This document shows, in pieces, positions 35,306 through 45,657 of a DNA stretch of 64,000 nt. The DNA comes from Nitrososphaerota archaeon (GTDB lineage: Archaea > Thermoproteota > EX4484-205 > JAAOZP01). The DNA is taken from the NCBI GenBank assembly GCA_011605725.1, contig JAAOZP010000017.1:128001-192000 (forward strand). Reading direction: 5' to 3'. The notes beneath the pieces were generated by a model that ran no database searches, was not told the DNA's origin, and saw nothing but the letters and a program-made list of their open reading frames with translations. Position 1 is the stretch's first letter. Each line of letters opens with the position of its first letter. The translations under genes were made by a program, and so were the position numbers.

Positions 35306-36958
35306 TTGAAAAAACTAGTTTACGCAGTGTTCCTAATGCTCGCACTCCTAACTCCACGGAACGCGGGCAACCGCTTCCTTGCGTCAGTGGGTGAAGCGGG
35401 CCCGCACAGTTTTAAAAACACTGCTGAAAAAAGCTTTTCAATCCAGATGACGGTTAACTCGGCAGAGGATGGAGACACGATATATGTTCCACCAGGCAAA
35501 TATACGGAGAATCTTAAAATAAACAAATCCGTGAAGCTTATTGCTAACGGAACGGTGGAAATTAGACCGGTTAATCCGAAAGACAATACCGTAGAAATAT
35601 TGAAGGATAATGTCACCCTTATTGGTTTCACTTTAGTAAACCAGGGAGGAATATGTGGAATACGCGTTGCAGGGGTGACGGGCTACAGGATTACTGGCAA
35701 CAAGATTCTAGGTGGCGACTACGGATTGCTGATTGAGGATTCAAGTAAAGGTTTTGTCTACGGAAATGAAGTTGAAGGGTGTCTTTTCGGAATATACTTT
35801 CGAGAATCCTCTGGCAACACTGTTTCCCAGAATACTGTTGAATCCTGCAAGTATGGAATTAGCCTCTCATTATGTTTAAACATCACGGTTGTTGGAAACA
35901 TGGTGGCCAACTGTACCTACGGCCTGTATAATCACATGTCTGATAGGAGCAATGTGTCGAAAAACGTTTTTCGGGGAAACATGATGGGTTTAGTGGCCGC
36001 CAGGTCTGTAGAAAACCAGATACTTCTGAACGAAATCCTAAATAATTTTTACGGAGTGCATTTAGATGATGTTCGCATAAGCATCGTGGCTAAGAATAAT
36101 GTTTCCGGAGGCCTTATAGGCGTAAAGGTGCAGAACTCGTACAACATCTCTTTACTGAACAACGCCGTACGCTTCTCAACGAATAACATTGCAATAGATT
36201 CAAGCCTCAACATGACTGTCTCAGGCAACATGCTGGAACATGCCAAGGGACATGGAATAATCGCTTATGAAACAGCCAACAGCATTCTATCTTGGAATTC
36301 GATCTCCCATTGCCGCGTAGGGATCTCTATTGAAAATTGCAGGCTTAACAGGGTTGAGGGAAATTTAGCGGTGCAGAATTCGTATGGGCTCTACCTCTTC
36401 CGTTCATCCGGAATCCAGCTTACAAATAACCGATGTTTCAACAATACGAATACGGATTTCTATTCAGAGGGCTCCGAGAATATTTTTGTCAAAGATCTTG
36501 AGTTAAATGGCAATACGAATGATACAGAAGTCTCTTTCACCTATCGAGGCGACGTGTCTATAAAAAGATCTGAGCCCATCGAGTTCAGAGCTGGAAGACT
36601 TTTAAGCGGCTTCTTCAACATCACCCTACTCTCCGCCAACTGCCAAGTAAGGATAAACGTCACATATAACTTGAGAGACATCCAGGAAACCCGGAGGGAG
36701 GAGCCAGTCCTCTACCGTTGGACAGGCTTAGAGTGGAAACCATTAAGAGGCTCTGTAAGGGAAGAATCCTCCGTAAAGGGTTCAGCATCCTTCCTATTAT
36801 CAGAAACCGGAATCTACGTGCTAGGAGTCGGTGAGAAAACCCTGGAACAGTTTCCTTCAGCCGTGACGGTTACAGTTGTTTTAACACTCATACTCGGCTC
36901 CTATTTGACTCTGAAGAAACTCTTAAAAAGTAGAAAGACATCGGTTTTAAAATCGTAA
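35306..36958 (+). CDS. Cell-surface right-handed beta-helix (NosD/CASH-like) protein with C-terminal membrane anchor
   Basis: Signal peptide, SIQMTVNSAEDGDTIYVPPGKYTEN, many N-x-I/G-I PbH repeats, and a C-terminal TM with basic tail. Confidence 0.85.
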   Translation: MKKLVYAVFLMLALLTPRNAGNRFLASVGEAGPHSFKNTAEKSFSIQMTVNSAEDGDTIYVPPGKYTENLKINKSVKLIANGTVEIRPVNPKDNTVEILKDNVTLIGFTLVNQGGICGIRVAGVTGYRITGNKILGGDYGLLIEDSSKGFVYGNEVEGCLFGIYFRESSGNTVSQNTVESCKYGISLSLCLNITVVGNMVANCTYGLYNHMSDRSNVSKNVFRGNMMGLVAARSVENQILLNEILNNFYGVHLDDVRISIVAKNNVSGGLIGVKVQNSYNISLLNNAVRFSTNNIAIDSSLNMTVSGNMLEHAKGHGIIAYETANSILSWNSISHCRVGISIENCRLNRVEGNLAVQNSYGLYLFRSSGIQLTNNRCFNNTNTDFYSEGSENIFVKDLELNGNTNDTEVSFTYRGDVSIKRSEPIEFRAGRLLSGFFNITLLSANCQVRINVTYNLRDIQETRREEPVLYRWTGLEWKPLRGSVREESSVKGSASFLLSETGIYVLGVGEKTLEQFPSAVTVTVVLTLILGSYLTLKKLLKSRKTSVLKS

Positions 36959-36973
36959 ACCACTGAGTGTACA

Positions 36974-37231
36974 CTATTCTCCGGATTCTTCTTTTTTCCT
37001 CACAGCTTCCCTTATTATTGTTATAAGGTAGACGAGAGTACCGTAACCCACTAGTGCGACGCTGGAGAAAGAAAAAGCTATTTGAATCACGACGAGGACG
37101 GATAGCATAGTCGGATTATAGCCTGTCCTAACATACCACATATTGTATAAACCGGCAAGCATTGACAGCAGGTAGAGCAGAACTCCGATGATCATAGCTC
37201 TCTTAGGATTCACTCTGCTAAGACCTCTCAT
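36974..37231 (-). CDS. Small two-TM membrane protein at the end of the ABC operon
   Basis: ATG 37231 overlaps the end of the second ATPase gene. Two hydrophobic helices and a charged tail. Confidence 0.6.
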   Translation of the reverse strand: MRGLSRVNPKRAMIIGVLLYLLSMLAGLYNMWYVRTGYNPTMLSVLVVIQIAFSFSSVALVGYGTLVYLITIIREAVRKKEESGE

Positions 37232-38210
37232 AAAGCCAGCATTTAACCCAGTGTCCTGGGGCTGCTTCAAACTCCGGCGGCTCCTCTTTAAAACACTTGT
37301 CAAAGGCACGTGGACAACGCGGAGAGAATCTGCAGTTCTTAGGAGGATCTACGAGGGCGGGAGGCTCTCCTGGTGGAACTTCTTTAAACCTGCTCCTGTT
37401 CTGCGGATTTGGGTCCGGTGTTGCTATAAGCAGGGCTTTTGTATACGGGTGTAAAGGATTCCTCAAGACTTCCCGGGTAGAAGCCTTCTCCATAACGTGC
37501 CCGGCGTACATTATCAGCGCCGATTCTGAGAAGAATCGTGTTGTTGCAAGATCGTGCGTTATGTATATCACGCCGAGCCTAAGCCTTTCCTGAAGCCTTC
37601 TTAACAAAGTTAGAATCTCTATCCGCACGGAGGCATCCAGCATCGATACAGGCTCGTCGGCAACGATTAGCCGGGGTTCAAGAATTATCGCCCTAGCTAT
37701 CGCAACCCTCTGCAACTGGCCTCCGCTGAGCATATGGGGATACTTATATGCGAAGTCCTCGACTGGCGTAAGCCTCACTTCTTCAAGCGCCTTGAAAACT
37801 CTTTCAGCCCTCTCCTCTCTCGACTTAACCGTGTTATGAATTAGGAGTGGTTCCTCCAATGCCCTGAATACTGTGAAATGGGATGCGAAGGCTCCGAAAG
37901 GATCCTGTTGGACTAGGCTCGCCATTCTCCTGTACCACTTTAAATCCTTCACCTTAGTATGTGTGATATCTTTCCCTTGAAAAAGTATCCTGCCGCCGTT
38001 GGGCTCGTAAAGCCTTAGGATAGTCTTACCCAGAGTCGTCTTCCCACTTCCACTCTCCCCTACGAGCGACACGGCTTTTCCCTCTTCAAGGCTGAAAGTC
38101 ACGCCGTCAACCGCCTTCACATAATTCACCCTAGAGCTTAGGAAACCCCTTCTGATTTCAAACCATTTCCGCAAGTCTTCCAGCTCAAGCAGCCTAGTAT
38201 CCGAATTCAT
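37218..38210 (-). CDS. oppF: Oligopeptide/dipeptide ABC transporter ATPase (OppF-like)
   Basis: GESGSGKT, LSGGQLQR, DEPVSMLD, HPYT and CRFSPRC. Confidence 0.92.
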   Translation of the reverse strand: MNSDTRLLELEDLRKWFEIRRGFLSSRVNYVKAVDGVTFSLEEGKAVSLVGESGSGKTTLGKTILRLYEPNGGRILFQGKDITHTKVKDLKWYRRMASLVQQDPFGAFASHFTVFRALEEPLLIHNTVKSREERAERVFKALEEVRLTPVEDFAYKYPHMLSGGQLQRVAIARAIILEPRLIVADEPVSMLDASVRIEILTLLRRLQERLRLGVIYITHDLATTRFFSESALIMYAGHVMEKASTREVLRNPLHPYTKALLIATPDPNPQNRSRFKEVPPGEPPALVDPPKNCRFSPRCPRAFDKCFKEEPPEFEAAPGHWVKCWLYERS

Positions 38211-39181
38211 TTCCCATCACCGTAAAGCCAGCATCTAACTAAATGGTCTTCACCCACCTTAATCATCCCGGGTTCCTCAGCACTACACTTATCCCACGCA
38301 AACCTGCATCTCGGGTGGAACCTGCAGCCCGAAGGCGGGTCTATTAGGCTTGGCGGAGCCCCACTTATGAACTCTGGCTTCCTATCGGTGGTAAGCGTTG
38401 GGACACTTGCTATTAGGCCTCTTGAATAAGGGTGCTTCGGCTCCGTGTAGAAGACATCCGCGCTGGAGAGCTCAACTATCTTACCCGCGTATATAACAGC
38501 AACTTTATTTGCAAGCTCGCTGGCTAAGCCCAAGTCGTGAGTTATGAAAATATAGCTGAGCCTAAACTCGTTTTTAATCCTCTTCAAAAGGTTGATTATG
38601 TTAGCCTGGGTCAAGACGTCCAGCGCTGAAGTAGGCTCGTCGAGAATCACTATTTCAGGATTGGTTATCAGGGCCATTGCTATAGCCGCCCTCTGTTTCA
38701 TGCCGCCACTGAGCTCAAACGGATATCTTTCAGCAAATACTCCAGGCATCCCCATAAGCTCAATCAGCTGCCTCGCCTTTTTCAAAGCCTCTTTCTTCTC
38801 AACATTATCGTGAATGACCAGTGGTTCAGCCACTTGCTGGCCTATTTTATAAACCGGGTTGAACGAGTTCATCGCTCCTTGGAAGACAATTGATATTTTC
38901 TTCCACCTAACCTCCCTTCTGAAAGCCTCCTCGTCGAGCTCCATCACGTTCCTGCCGTTGAGAAACACTTTTCCCTCGTAAGTATGAATGTTCCTCGGGA
39001 GAACCCGGACAAGGGCACGAGCCAACGTACTCTTCCCACATCCTGACTCGCCGACGACCGCTAGCACATCCTCCTTCTCCAGGTCGAAATTTATCTCCTC
39101 CAAGGCCTTCACTACTCCTTTTCTAGTTCTATAGTAAAGCTTAAGGTCGCGGACTGATAAAACTGTTTTTCCGCTGCTCAT
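38207..39181 (-). CDS. oppD: Oligopeptide/dipeptide ABC transporter ATPase (OppD-like)
   Basis: GESGCGKS, LSGGMKQR, DEPTSALD and GCRFHPRC. Confidence 0.92.
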   Translation of the reverse strand: MSSGKTVLSVRDLKLYYRTRKGVVKALEEINFDLEKEDVLAVVGESGCGKSTLARALVRVLPRNIHTYEGKVFLNGRNVMELDEEAFRREVRWKKISIVFQGAMNSFNPVYKIGQQVAEPLVIHDNVEKKEALKKARQLIELMGMPGVFAERYPFELSGGMKQRAAIAMALITNPEIVILDEPTSALDVLTQANIINLLKRIKNEFRLSYIFITHDLGLASELANKVAVIYAGKIVELSSADVFYTEPKHPYSRGLIASVPTLTTDRKPEFISGAPPSLIDPPSGCRFHPRCRFAWDKCSAEEPGMIKVGEDHLVRCWLYGDGK

Positions 39182-39185
39182 TCCT

Positions 39186-40586
39186 CTACAACTCCTTTAG
39201 CTTCGGGTTAACTATCTTCTCGAGAGCCATGCCTATCAGGGCGAAAGCGATCGAGGTGAGAATCAGCATGAAGGCAGGCTCTAAAACCCAGTAATACATG
39301 CCTTTGTAGAATGCGCCGTTAGTCTGAGCATCGTTTATAATCTTGCCCCATGTTGGGAGGAATGGGTCTCCCAGCCCTAAGTAGGAAAGCCCAGCCTCAA
39401 GAAACACGAAGCCCGGCACTGAGGATATCATTCCGGGAACTACTGGAGGCAGTATCTTCGGTATAACGTAGAACAGTATTAGCCTCATGTTACTGGCTCC
39501 ATATGCTTGCGCAGCCTCAATATACGGGTAACTCTTAATCTGCATGACTAGTATGCGGGTGCCCTTTATGCCGAGAGAGAATATACTTAGGACAACCACG
39601 CTTAGAAGGATGATTAACAAGTCTATCCTGTAGAACGTTGTAAGCATGATTAGAATCGGCAGGAAGGGCAAGACCGCGTTTATTTCAACTATTCTCTGAA
39701 TAACTAGATCAATCTTCCCACCATACCAACCGCTTATCGTGCCTATTATGAGGCTTAAAACCGTTGTAAGTATAGCGGATGTGAGCCCGAAGGACATGGC
39801 TATTGGAGTTCCCCAGAGCAAACCTATTAGTAGGGGCCTCCTCAGATGGTCTGTACCAGCCAACCCGTAGACTGAACCGTATATCACTACCTCCGCGTTC
39901 AAAACATCATTCTTTTCAAGGGTCGTTTCGAAGCGTATTCCATACCTGCCTTTCAAGACCCTTGGGTCCAGCGAGTATTCTGCGAAAAGGCCTTTCTCAA
40001 CAGTTACCATGAAGCTGGGTTTTCCTCCGACCTTGTTTTCGAAAAGCCCCTCCAGCCTCAGCTCTAGGCTAAGGTCGTTGCTCAAATAAAGCCTGTCGTC
40101 TGGTCTCCTCAAAACATGCTTCTTCAAGAAGACCTCTTCACCATCCGGCCTAATCCAGTAGAATTCTACTGCAGGCTTCTCCGAATAGCTTGAGTTGAAG
40201 AACATCACTATTTCCGACGGAAAATCGTCGTACTCATAGTTGAAGTAGACAGTCCAAGATGCGGCGAGCCTACCGTCTTCAAGCAAAACCTTTGTAGCAT
40301 CAGCATCCTTAAGCGGAACTATGATTGTTCGAGGTAGTTTTTTCCCATAGAAAATCTCAACCCATTCTGGTTGAGCGTTCCTCGGATTCCTGCTCCAGGC
40401 CTCGCTTGACCTCCAAGCTTGAATCGCCTCTGGAAGAGGTATTGTCACCATGGTGTAAACAGAAAGGACAATAAGGAAGAGGAGTATAGCTACTCCGATG
40501 ACAGCAGACTTGTAGCTTAAAACTTCGTGCAAAACGCCTTTTAAGCCGCCAACACGCTTTGAAGAGCTCATTTTCAACCTCCCCAT
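39186..40586 (-). CDS. oppC: Opp/Dpp ABC permease (OppC-like) with large extracellular insertion
   Basis: GTDHLRR, YIEAAQAYGAS (EAA loop), EAGLSYLGLG and PTWG. Confidence 0.9.
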   Translation of the reverse strand: MGRLKMSSSKRVGGLKGVLHEVLSYKSAVIGVAILLFLIVLSVYTMVTIPLPEAIQAWRSSEAWSRNPRNAQPEWVEIFYGKKLPRTIIVPLKDADATKVLLEDGRLAASWTVYFNYEYDDFPSEIVMFFNSSYSEKPAVEFYWIRPDGEEVFLKKHVLRRPDDRLYLSNDLSLELRLEGLFENKVGGKPSFMVTVEKGLFAEYSLDPRVLKGRYGIRFETTLEKNDVLNAEVVIYGSVYGLAGTDHLRRPLLIGLLWGTPIAMSFGLTSAILTTVLSLIIGTISGWYGGKIDLVIQRIVEINAVLPFLPILIMLTTFYRIDLLIILLSVVVLSIFSLGIKGTRILVMQIKSYPYIEAAQAYGASNMRLILFYVIPKILPPVVPGMISSVPGFVFLEAGLSYLGLGDPFLPTWGKIINDAQTNGAFYKGMYYWVLEPAFMLILTSIAFALIGMALEKIVNPKLKEL

Positions 40587-41638
40587 ACTCTAACCCTTGG
40601 ATCCAGAAACGCGTAAACAATATCGAGTGTTAAGACAGTTAGGGTTAACAGCCAAGCGTAAATCGCTACTTCTCCCACTATAACCGGTGGATCCGGGTAA
40701 GAAAGGGCTGCTGACAAGAGCCTACCTAAACCAGGCCAGTCGAAAACGGTTTCTGTTATTATGGCACCGCCCCAGGAGCCGATAATAGCTAGAGATAGCC
40801 CTGTTACTATCGATGGTAACGTCGGCCTTAACACATAACCCATATCCACCTGCCTGGGTGGGAGGCCTTTAGCCTTAGCCACCTCCACGTAATCCTCGGT
40901 TGAGAATATAAGGAAGAAAGTCCTGTTAGAATATATTCCCAGGAACAACCCAGCTATTATCCAAGAAAGCATAGGCAATACCATGTGCTTCAAAACAGAC
41001 AGGAAGTATATAAGTGGGTCCTTGGGCGGAGGATAATCCACTAGTCCCCCTGGAGGAAGCACATGCAGCCAAGTGTAGAAGATCAGTATTAAAAATATTC
41101 CATATACCCATCCTGGTATTACGGAGGTTGGAGCCAGTGCCGCTATTACCCTGTCTATTTTTGAACCGTATTTTCTAGCTATGAGTAGGCCACCTAGAAG
41201 GTTCGTGAAAAAATTGATGATGGTCACAGTTGTGAAGAGCATGATTGTTTGAGGCAGCCTCTCCAGTATTATCAGCCTCACCTGCTTCGACCCGCTGTCG
41301 CTAGTCAGGTAGAGGGCTGTCCCCAGATCCAGGGTTAACGCATTCTTCAAGTGGTAGAGGCTTCTTATTAAGAACGGCGTGTTAAGACCTCTAGCCTCCA
41401 ATGCGGACTGGTATAGGCTGTCTATGATCTTCTGCCTTTCAGAAGCGGTAAGACCCTGGTAAGCCGGATTGTTCCTGACGTTCATCGTGATGCTCATCAT
41501 GAGGTCCGACTTAACCATCTCATCTATAAGACCCCCAAAGTTGGCAAGCAAGATGGATATGTATACAGCAATTACGAGGCTTATAAGCAGTAAAACCGTT
41601 CTCTTAGCCACGAACTTTAAGAATCCTTTTGGAATCAT
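40574..41638 (-). CDS. oppB: Opp/Dpp ABC permease (OppB-like)
   Basis: ERLPQT, EDYVEVAKAKGL and ITETVFDWPGLG. Confidence 0.9.
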   Translation of the reverse strand: MIPKGFLKFVAKRTVLLLISLVIAVYISILLANFGGLIDEMVKSDLMMSITMNVRNNPAYQGLTASERQKIIDSLYQSALEARGLNTPFLIRSLYHLKNALTLDLGTALYLTSDSGSKQVRLIILERLPQTIMLFTTVTIINFFTNLLGGLLIARKYGSKIDRVIAALAPTSVIPGWVYGIFLILIFYTWLHVLPPGGLVDYPPPKDPLIYFLSVLKHMVLPMLSWIIAGLFLGIYSNRTFFLIFSTEDYVEVAKAKGLPPRQVDMGYVLRPTLPSIVTGLSLAIIGSWGGAIITETVFDWPGLGRLLSAALSYPDPPVIVGEVAIYAWLLTLTVLTLDIVYAFLDPRVRVWGG

Positions 41639-41676
41639 TGATTATGGGTCACCCTGCTCCATTTTTCCAGAAGGAG

Positions 41677-41696
41677 AAAAAAGAAGGGGATAAAAA
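41677..41696 (-). terminator. Oligo-T tract between the binding-protein gene and the permease genes (partial terminator)
   Basis: T5 and T6 runs on the minus strand just after the stop at 41711. Confidence 0.4.
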
Positions 41697-41710
41697 CTTT
41701 TCTGTGTACT

Positions 41711-44158
41711 CTACTTCTTTTTCCTTCTTAACAATAGGACTGCAGCTATGGCGATGACCAGGATGACCACGACTATCCCGATTACTGCTTCATACCACAT
41801 TCTGAACACGGCTCTAATAGTGTGAGGCTTGTCCGTAGTGACCGTGATGGATGCGGATGCCCCCTTCTCCTCCCCGTCGACAACCCATTTTTCGAGGACG
41901 CTAAGGAAGCCGGGTTTAGCCGTTATCGTCACTGTTTCACGCCCGAAGTACCCGTGTGAACCAGGCTCAGGGTCAGTTGTTCCGCTTCCCTCCACGGAGA
42001 TCACGAGCTCACGCTGCAAAAGCTTTCTGAATGGTTTCAGGACCGCGGTGTGCGCCGTTATGTCAGCAGTCTCCAAATAGTAGGGACCGGCACCAACCCA
42101 GAAGTGCTTATACTTAGCATACCAGTTTTTCAAAGCGTTGTACCTTGCCCTAGCCTCCTCCGCAGTGATGTATTTACTGTTAAGCTCCTTGAAAGGTATG
42201 TAGCCCTCAGTTATAGCTTCATCCACCATTTGAGACAGGATTTGCAGGCTTGGACCGGCTATGTAGTTCATCCATTCAACATTGTTCTTTAGAGCCTTGT
42301 CCTGGCCGAAGGCAAGGAGGCCTTTCTCCTCAGCCTTAACGCCTATCGCAGTGGTATGCCATGGTCCAGCCAAGCCGACGTAAGCGCTGGCTATTAGCTC
42401 AGCATCCATGTTCGTGTAGTCAGTGTACCATTCTATCTTCAACGGGTGCTCGCTCACGATCCTCCACGCTTTGAAAACCTCCCTCCAGGACTCGAATGAT
42501 CCTACATAAGCCTCGTCGTAAAGCGCACTTTTGTTACTAGCCCTCTCAAAGTTGATAGGCCAGCTCCAAACCCAGTCGGCGAGACTCATAACCGTTCCAT
42601 CATGGTATTCAAACTTGCCAATGATGTCCTCGTACTCTGCAACTATCTTAACCTTCGCCTTAGTCACTCCGGCTTCCCCAGCAGTCACAACCTTCTTCTT
42701 TTCAACATCCCAAGCATACCAAGCGTCTGAAGGTATAGTAACGCTGTCCACGAAATTCAGAGTCAGCCAGTTTTTACTCTCAGGATTCTGGAAAGTCAGA
42801 AGGCCTTTTTCAGCCTCTATCGTAACGCTTTTTACGAAGCCCGTGGGTATTGGAAGCCCACTCTTAGGATGACTTAGAAAAGCAGGCATGCCGGTGGCTG
42901 AGCTCACCATACCGTCGTATATCCAGTTAGAACCAGCTATCGGGTTCCACGCGTCCCCGGTCAACACGTCTGAGCTACCTATTTTCACTGTTCCACCCGT
43001 CTTCCCTCCACGGTTCAACGTGAATGCCCATATTCCAACCCAGTAGCCTCCGGAGTAGTCGGCTATAGCGTTTATTTCCTTCCTCCTGACCCATGCTGCA
43101 GTCTGGTCTACGAGCCAGACTCTCACAGAGTCTTGAAGCGCAAGTTCGAAAGCCTTTTTCATCCATGCTGTCCTTTCATCTATAGTGGTGAACTTCTTTT
43201 CAGCAAGCTTATCAGCAAGCTCGCTGAACTCTGGGGAAGGCTTGTAAGAGGCCCATAGCGGGCTGATTGAAGCCATGCCTGACTTAGGACTGTAGAAGAA
43301 CTGGAAGTTGTCTGAATCATCTCTCGACACTACTGTAGTCACCCAGCCGCCAGTGTATATGTGCCACTTCCCTTCAGCAGGATTGCCTCTCATCCATATG
43401 GGTGAGGCTTCTCTCGAAGTCTTGTACATCCTCTCCACGGTGAACCCGAGCTTCTCCAATTGCCCTGAAACATAGTCTCCTATCTGCCTCCTCCTGTCTT
43501 CAGTCCTTATGACGAATTTCAGGACGATCGGCTCACCCTTATATAGCCATTTTCCATCTTTATACTCTACACCCGGCTCCTTCGACAACTCGTCGAATAT
43601 AGTCTGCTTAGCCTTTTCGAAGTTGTACGCATATTTAGTCTCAATGCTTTTTATCACATCCTTATGTCTCTCGTAGTCTGGAAAACCGTTGCAGACGGGG
43701 ACATACTTAGGTATAGCAAGGCCGCCCATGATCTCGTCAACTATATACTGCCTGTCTACAAGCATGTTCATGGCTTCCCTTATCTTAGGGTTGTAGAACG
43801 GGTTGAACTTGCCGTCAAGCGTTGTAGGACCAACAGGGTTAAAGGTAAGTTCATTGTATAAGCCGTATGAGAAAGCGTATGTTAGTGCTGCCGATTCCCG
43901 TACCCTTCTGAAAAGCACCGGGTCGCCTATATCCTTAAAGTAGATGTCCATATCCCCCTTCTCCATCATTTCAACGGCTTTAGCTGCATCCGCCACTGGG
44001 AAGAAGACCACCTCGTCGAACCACCCGTAGTTATAGATCGGAAGCTCTTCCTGCGCAGAAGTGAAAGTGACGATTGGGGCTAGAGCCTGAGAGAGCATTA
44101 GAAGCATTAGGATGGATGCTATGCATACTGTTATCTTGTTTTCTGAACCCCGTATCAT
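41711..44158 (-). CDS. oppA: Family-5 ABC substrate-binding protein with a C-terminal beta-repeat domain and TM anchor
   Basis: Signal peptide, FNPVGP, KIREAMNMLVDR, YTGGW and GPYYL. C-terminal VISVEGSGTTDP...VTITAKP...W...HTIRAVF, then a TM and RRKKK. Confidence 0.9.
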   Translation of the reverse strand: MIRGSENKITVCIASILMLLMLSQALAPIVTFTSAQEELPIYNYGWFDEVVFFPVADAAKAVEMMEKGDMDIYFKDIGDPVLFRRVRESAALTYAFSYGLYNELTFNPVGPTTLDGKFNPFYNPKIREAMNMLVDRQYIVDEIMGGLAIPKYVPVCNGFPDYERHKDVIKSIETKYAYNFEKAKQTIFDELSKEPGVEYKDGKWLYKGEPIVLKFVIRTEDRRRQIGDYVSGQLEKLGFTVERMYKTSREASPIWMRGNPAEGKWHIYTGGWVTTVVSRDDSDNFQFFYSPKSGMASISPLWASYKPSPEFSELADKLAEKKFTTIDERTAWMKKAFELALQDSVRVWLVDQTAAWVRRKEINAIADYSGGYWVGIWAFTLNRGGKTGGTVKIGSSDVLTGDAWNPIAGSNWIYDGMVSSATGMPAFLSHPKSGLPIPTGFVKSVTIEAEKGLLTFQNPESKNWLTLNFVDSVTIPSDAWYAWDVEKKKVVTAGEAGVTKAKVKIVAEYEDIIGKFEYHDGTVMSLADWVWSWPINFERASNKSALYDEAYVGSFESWREVFKAWRIVSEHPLKIEWYTDYTNMDAELIASAYVGLAGPWHTTAIGVKAEEKGLLAFGQDKALKNNVEWMNYIAGPSLQILSQMVDEAITEGYIPFKELNSKYITAEEARARYNALKNWYAKYKHFWVGAGPYYLETADITAHTAVLKPFRKLLQRELVISVEGSGTTDPEPGSHGYFGRETVTITAKPGFLSVLEKWVVDGEEKGASASITVTTDKPHTIRAVFRMWYEAVIGIVVVILVIAIAAVLLLRRKKK

Positions 44159-44257
44159 TTTCTCATCATAAATGGGCCTCCTGAGGTATTTTATAAAGGT
44201 TTCTAGGGCAATTATAAAAAAATGTGTAGCATTTATAAGGAATAGAGGTTTACATCA

Positions 44258-45127
44258 TCAAACTCTCAACCCATGCAGCAAGCTCCTCAAGGCCTCAAGC
44301 TGGTTAACCTCAATGCACATGTATTCCGCAGCAGATCTTAAGGCAACGCCAGTTTTTTCAGCCTCCTCATACAGTTCTCCGAAATACTTCCTCCACTCCA
44401 AGTCCCGCAGAAGATGATGGTCGAGGATCATGATGGATGGACTTACCTGGCTTATTATCCTCCTGATGTTTCTCATGCTTGCCTCAAGCTGTTCCTCCGT
44501 AAGGTTTAGACCAAGCATATAGGTGGATGGGCCATCTATGTAAATCGTGCCGGGCCTCTTCCCTATGACGAACCTAACCTGATAGTCCAGGGGGAAGCCC
44601 TGCACGTCGCTCGTGAAAAGGAAACTGTCGGCAGAATCCTTGACGCTGAGCTCAACCACGTAGCCGAGCTGACTATCAGGGCCGTGGGGAACCGGGTTTG
44701 AAAACTCAAGCCTAGTTCCACCGAACAAATATTCCTTGCCGTCGGCAACCATAACCCGAGACGCGATCGGCCTGATCTTATCGAGAAACACTGATGCCCT
44801 TCTCCTCTGGCTGAAGTTTATCATGTTCTCCGGATCCTTAACTATGATTATTCTCCCCCCATAGATCTCCTCGAGAAACCTTGTTGAACTATGATGATCA
44901 TAATGATAGTGCGTCACTACAATGACTTCACACTCCTCTGCTGCAGAGGCTATTCGCTCCCAGCATTCTTCCAGGAGACTGAGCTCTTTCGGGTGCGGTG
45001 GAAGCCCGTATCTTCGAGGCGCGACGGCGGCAGCAGGGTCTATCATCAGCTTCAGGTCTCTAGTTTCAACAAGCGTAGCCATGCTTCTAACGCCCATCGA
45101 GTCGAAGCAGATCGGGTTTATCTTCAA
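44258..45127 (-). CDS. UPF0282-like metallo-beta-lactamase-fold protein
   Basis: DSMGVRSMAT, PRRYGLPP, THYHYDH, FTSDVQG and DHHLLRD. Confidence 0.85.
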   Translation of the reverse strand: MKINPICFDSMGVRSMATLVETRDLKLMIDPAAAVAPRRYGLPPHPKELSLLEECWERIASAAEECEVIVVTHYHYDHHSSTRFLEEIYGGRIIIVKDPENMINFSQRRRASVFLDKIRPIASRVMVADGKEYLFGGTRLEFSNPVPHGPDSQLGYVVELSVKDSADSFLFTSDVQGFPLDYQVRFVIGKRPGTIYIDGPSTYMLGLNLTEEQLEASMRNIRRIISQVSPSIMILDHHLLRDLEWRKYFGELYEEAEKTGVALRSAAEYMCIEVNQLEALRSLLHGLRV

Positions 45128-45220
45128 TCCTCTGTTCTGATTGCTCTACGACTTTAATAAAACTTTTAAGAGATATAAATCAGAATAACGCGGCCGGCTT
45201 CTAACAGCTATCCTATTTTT

Positions 45221-45547
45221 TTACTCTGCGCCTTTAACCCACTTTGAGAAGTCCAGAGCCCTCTTTAAAACGCCTTTCTTAACTAGGGAACAGTATACTT
45301 CCCTACCCTTCTTAACGGTTTTAACCAAGCCAGCGTTCTCAAGAATCCTGATGTGGTATGACACTGTGGGCTGGGAGAGGTTGAACTTCTCCACGATGCC
45401 TGTTATCATCATGCTCTCGCCCTCTATTATAGAGAGTATTCTGAGCCGGGTTGGGTCAGCCAGTGCCTTGAACACCTTAGCCGCATGCTTGAATGCCTCC
45501 TCATCCTCCTTTTTAATTGACAATTCTATATCGTTAATAAATCCCAA
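45221..45547 (-). CDS. ArsR/SmtB-family transcriptional regulator
   Basis: FKALADPTRLRIL...SQPTVSYHIRILENAGLV..KKGR. The true start may be TTG 45523. Confidence 0.92.
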   Translation of the reverse strand: MGFINDIELSIKKEDEEAFKHAAKVFKALADPTRLRILSIIEGESMMITGIVEKFNLSQPTVSYHIRILENAGLVKTVKKGREVYCSLVKKGVLKRALDFSKWVKGAE

Positions 45548-45572
45548 AGATTAATATATAAATCTTTTGGAT
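45541..45572. promoter_or_regulatory. 32-bp near-perfect palindrome over the arsR promoter (putative operator)
   Basis: ATCCCAAAGATTAATATATAAATCTTTTGGAT; 14 of 16 pairs are complementary. Confidence 0.7.
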
Positions 45573-45657
45573 GCTACTTAACGGATAGAAAATACTGATA
45601 AAACCTTTCTAAAGGCTTAAAAATAGGCTTAAGTTAAATATTTAAAAGAAGCTATTA

